Source: Bugula neritina (lineage: Eukaryota > Animalia > Bryozoa). Taken from it: 64,000 nucleotides of DNA. The stretch covers positions 9,496,698-9,560,697 of the forward strand of contig OZ037765.1 of NCBI GenBank assembly GCA_964035545.1, given 5' to 3'. Positions 61,121 to 64,000 of this stretch are shown one piece after another (positions within the stretch are counted from its first letter, which is position 1; each line of letters starts with the position of its first letter). The position numbers and the translations under genes are program-made. Under the pieces are notes generated by a model. It was not told the origin of the DNA, made no database searches, and saw only the letters and a program-made list of their open reading frames with translations.

Positions 61121-64000
61121 GTATGTACTTGTCAGACTGGCATGTAATGCTTGTTTGTCTGTTGGTGCCGTGTTGTTTTACGTTATGTTATACAATATAT
61201 AGCGCATGTCACTTGTCACAGCCAGTACTGACAGACATTTATTGAAATTAACTGGTTGTTTTTAAGCCATCTTAGCTAGCCTACTCAATATGTTTTAGTT
61301 GTTGCGATCTCTGTCACCAAAGTTTGGCAAGCTTGTAGCCGAGGAAGCTAAAAGAAAGGGATATCTACGCTACGTGCATTCCAGGGTTATTGCTAATGCA
61401 GAAGAAATTGCATTTTATGGTGGTAAAAAAGTGCGTGTCTTCAATAGTGTTTGTAAATGCAATTTTTTTTCCTTTCATTCAAGCCTGCATATGCCTGAGA
61501 AATAAAATAATAATTATGCTTTGTATTTAGTGGCGGGTATGATATTATGACATGTATCATTTTCATTGGTGATTTTATTGTTTTCAGACTGAAGAAAATT
61601 TGTTAAGACGTAGCTTCAGTTCCCTGGCATCGCAGATGGAGATTATATTCAGAAAGAGACTGTGGTATATTATGCTTGAACAGTTTCTGATGAAGTATGT
61701 GTGGAGTGCATCTGGTTTAGTAATGGTTGCCTTTCCTATACTTACCACTCAAAATGCCATAAAAAGAGATGGTAAGTTGACGCCCAACTGCTGGTCTAAG
61801 GAAGAAAAGATTTTTGCTAAGTTTTTTGCAGTTTTAATGTTTAATGTAGCAGCTAGCCTGCTGCTGTTCATTACATTATAATGTGTGTAATGTTGTGAAG
61901 GCTTCACTTATCATGACTAGCAGTTGAACTTATGTCACACCATTGGTTATATATCTCAGCTCTATACTGATATCTACAAGTCACATGCTTAGTTGTGTTG
62001 TACTACTGATAAGTTATCACTTTCCTTATGCATTACGGTGATTTTCTACCTTATGCTGTCTGACCTGAGCAAACAATGCCCTACGCAGAGGCAGTGTGCA
62101 AAGCATATTTCTATTTTCTAGTGTAGGCCTACAAACATTTATTATTTGTAAATTATTAGTATACTGAATAACATACACTTTTTGTACTGCATTTATTGCA
62201 TTGAAATGTCACTAGCACATGTATTTTGAAGACTTGAGTAATTAATGCAGCAATAATTAAGATTTATAGAAATTCTTCTTCCAATGAGGTCTAATGACTT
62301 TGCTGCCAACAGGGTCCTTGATGGACGAGGATGCTGACGGAGGGGTGTCGGAGCGAACGCAATCATTCACTACTGCCAGAAATCTACTAGTCTCTGCTGC
62401 TGATGCTATTGAGAGAATAATCTCAAGCTATAAAGAGGTTGGTATGACTCGTCTGTAGGTAGCATGCACAGCAGGTCATAGCATGCACAGCAGGTCATAG
62501 CATGCACAGCAGGTCATAGCGGGTCATAGCATGCACAGCAGGTCGTAGCTAGTATGTCACAGGGGATTTCTTATTATGGTTCATTAAAGTTATTGTTATT
62601 TAAGTCATCGGCTTGAATAGCAATACTCTCTTGCATGTCAATATACAGTCTCTAAATAGCATACCAGTATAAGAATTAGAAAAACAGAGAAAGAGATGTT
62701 GACAAATGCTTAAAATAAAGAGCTTAGGTCTTACTGTGTAGCCGATATATTACAGTGTGAAAAATGAAGGGCTGTGCTTTTCACTTAAGTATTTACTATT
62801 GTAACTCAAAATGAAATAAAATTATTGCTAAAAATCTTTGACATTAATATATTTGCATAGAAATTGAAAGTTGGCTACAATAGTACTCTAGATACTTTTC
62901 TAATTGGAATGATGTAACAATTCCGAGTTCTTAAATGTAGCAGTATAGCTGCTGTACATATTTCTTGCCAATGCTATAGGCAACTGAGTATTATAAAAAT
63001 TCAAATTCTTGTACCATCAATATTTATTTGGCTTTCTTGGCATTTAATTGCATGTATATCAAAATAGACATTGTGCTAACCTGATACTCAATCAGGCACA
63101 ATGGATATAGTTATAAGTGCAAAATTTAAACATGACCAGCAGAATCATACACTCAGCTAATTAGATTACTCCTACACTCTACAGGAACGTTTTAAAGTAT
63201 TTGTTCAGCATATTAGTCTGTACAAAACTTCTGTGCAAAGTTTTAACTATTTTTCTATACAGAAATCCACTCTGTGTGGCAGTTGCTTAACCTTCTAATA
63301 ACTAATGCTAATAGCTTTGTTTGTTGACAATTGTCTACATACTTTTTATGTAATGAGTTGTTGTCTACTGGTTACTCTGGGTAATGCTTGAGATTGCTGA
63401 TTGTTGTAGATAACCGAATTGGCGGGCTATACTGCTCGTGTCTCACAAATGTTCCGGGTATTTAAAGAAGTGTCTGAGGCTCATTATGTTAGGAACACAG
63501 TCCACCAGTCAAAGCCTAAGCATGGGCATTTTAAGCACAAAGACAAAATTATTGATACTGCGGAACCCAGAGGTGAGTTGTAATTGCTAAGATGGTATTT
63601 TTAGTCAAATATTCTTCTATTTATTCTTTGTCTTGCTTTTATCACAAGGTTATGCAGTGGTACTATGAAGACAGTTACAGGTTACTCTGTTTATTAAAGT
63701 TTTTTTGGGAAAATTTGAGCGTTTATAAAACTGAGTTGGTTTCGGTTTACATAAAAACCATGCTGCCATTTTCTTATTCTCTCAACTATACAATAAGTAG
63801 AGCAATGGACATAAGGATATTATAAAGATGATATATGGTGTGCTCATATTGAGAACAAGATGATATTATGAGGCCAATTTGGCAGCAAATAGGGTAGATC
63901 ACAATTGTAGTGTGTTAACATGATTTACAGGTACAGTAATAAGCAATGAAAGCTCATCCATTACACTGCAAGATGTGCCTGTAGTCACTCCGACTGGAGA
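60343..64000 (+). CDS. ABCD2: Peroxisomal ABC half-transporter, ABCD1/ABCD2 (ALDP-like), 5' portion; runs off the window end
   Basis: Exons 60343-61120, 61299-61430, 61588-61771, 62313-62437, 63410-63572, 63931->64000, all phase-consistent. [37 protein letters not shown] motif [44 protein letters not shown]. Start exon uncertain (probably 59915-59970); ABCD1 versus ABCD2 is not resolvable (likely co-orthologue). Confidence 0.92.
61299..61430 (+). CDS. ABCD2: ABCD exon (EAA motif)
   Basis: [37 protein letters not shown]. Confidence 0.92.
61588..61771 (+). CDS. ABCD2: ABCD exon
   Basis: [27 protein letters not shown]. Confidence 0.92.
62313..62437 (+). CDS. ABCD2: ABCD exon
   Basis: [32 protein letters not shown]. 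Confidence 0.92.
62460..62549. repeat. 19-bp minisatellite (TAGCATGCACAGCAGGTCA), about 4.5 units
   Basis: Three perfect units, one partial and one near-perfect unit. Confidence 0.9.
63410..63572 (+). CDS. ABCD2: ABCD exon
   Basis: [21 protein letters not shown]. Confidence 0.92.
63931..64000 (+). CDS. ABCD2: ABCD exon (start of nucleotide-binding domain), truncated by the window
   Basis: [13 protein letters not shown]. Confidence 0.88.

Overview
AT-rich, intron-containing animal genomic DNA (probably an invertebrate; the taxon cannot be fixed from sequence alone). Five spliced protein-coding genes were reconstructed by hand from the ORF track, splice sites and reading-frame phase. (1) The 5' part of an ATP8B-type P4-ATPase flippase (minus strand, runs off the window start). 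(2) A complete ERCC5/XPG (plus, 6 exons, about 925 aa). (3) ZMIZ1/2-like (minus, at least 18 coding exons, about 1073 aa, start codon uncertain). (4) A complete VAMP7 (minus, 5 exons, 238 aa, one GC-AG intron). (5) The 5' part of an ABCD1/2-type peroxisomal ABC transporter (plus, runs off the window end). Repeats: two truncated copies of one CR1-group LINE, a decayed R4/Dong-clade RLE retroelement ending in (TAA)n, two copies of a tRNA-derived SINE, minisatellites and a GT microsatellite. The most striking non-coding pattern is that both head-to-head intergenic regions (ATP8B/ERCC5 and VAMP7/ABCD) share one architecture. Small CpG-containing islands sit inside kilobases of degenerate period-6 DNA (TATTAG/TATTAC/ATAATC/AATATG...), and the same LINE family lies inside a TATTAG/TATTAC array in the same relative orientation in both. 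The convergent ERCC5 and ZMIZ genes appear to share a back-to-back poly(A) signal. Gene names come from recognised motifs, not database searches.
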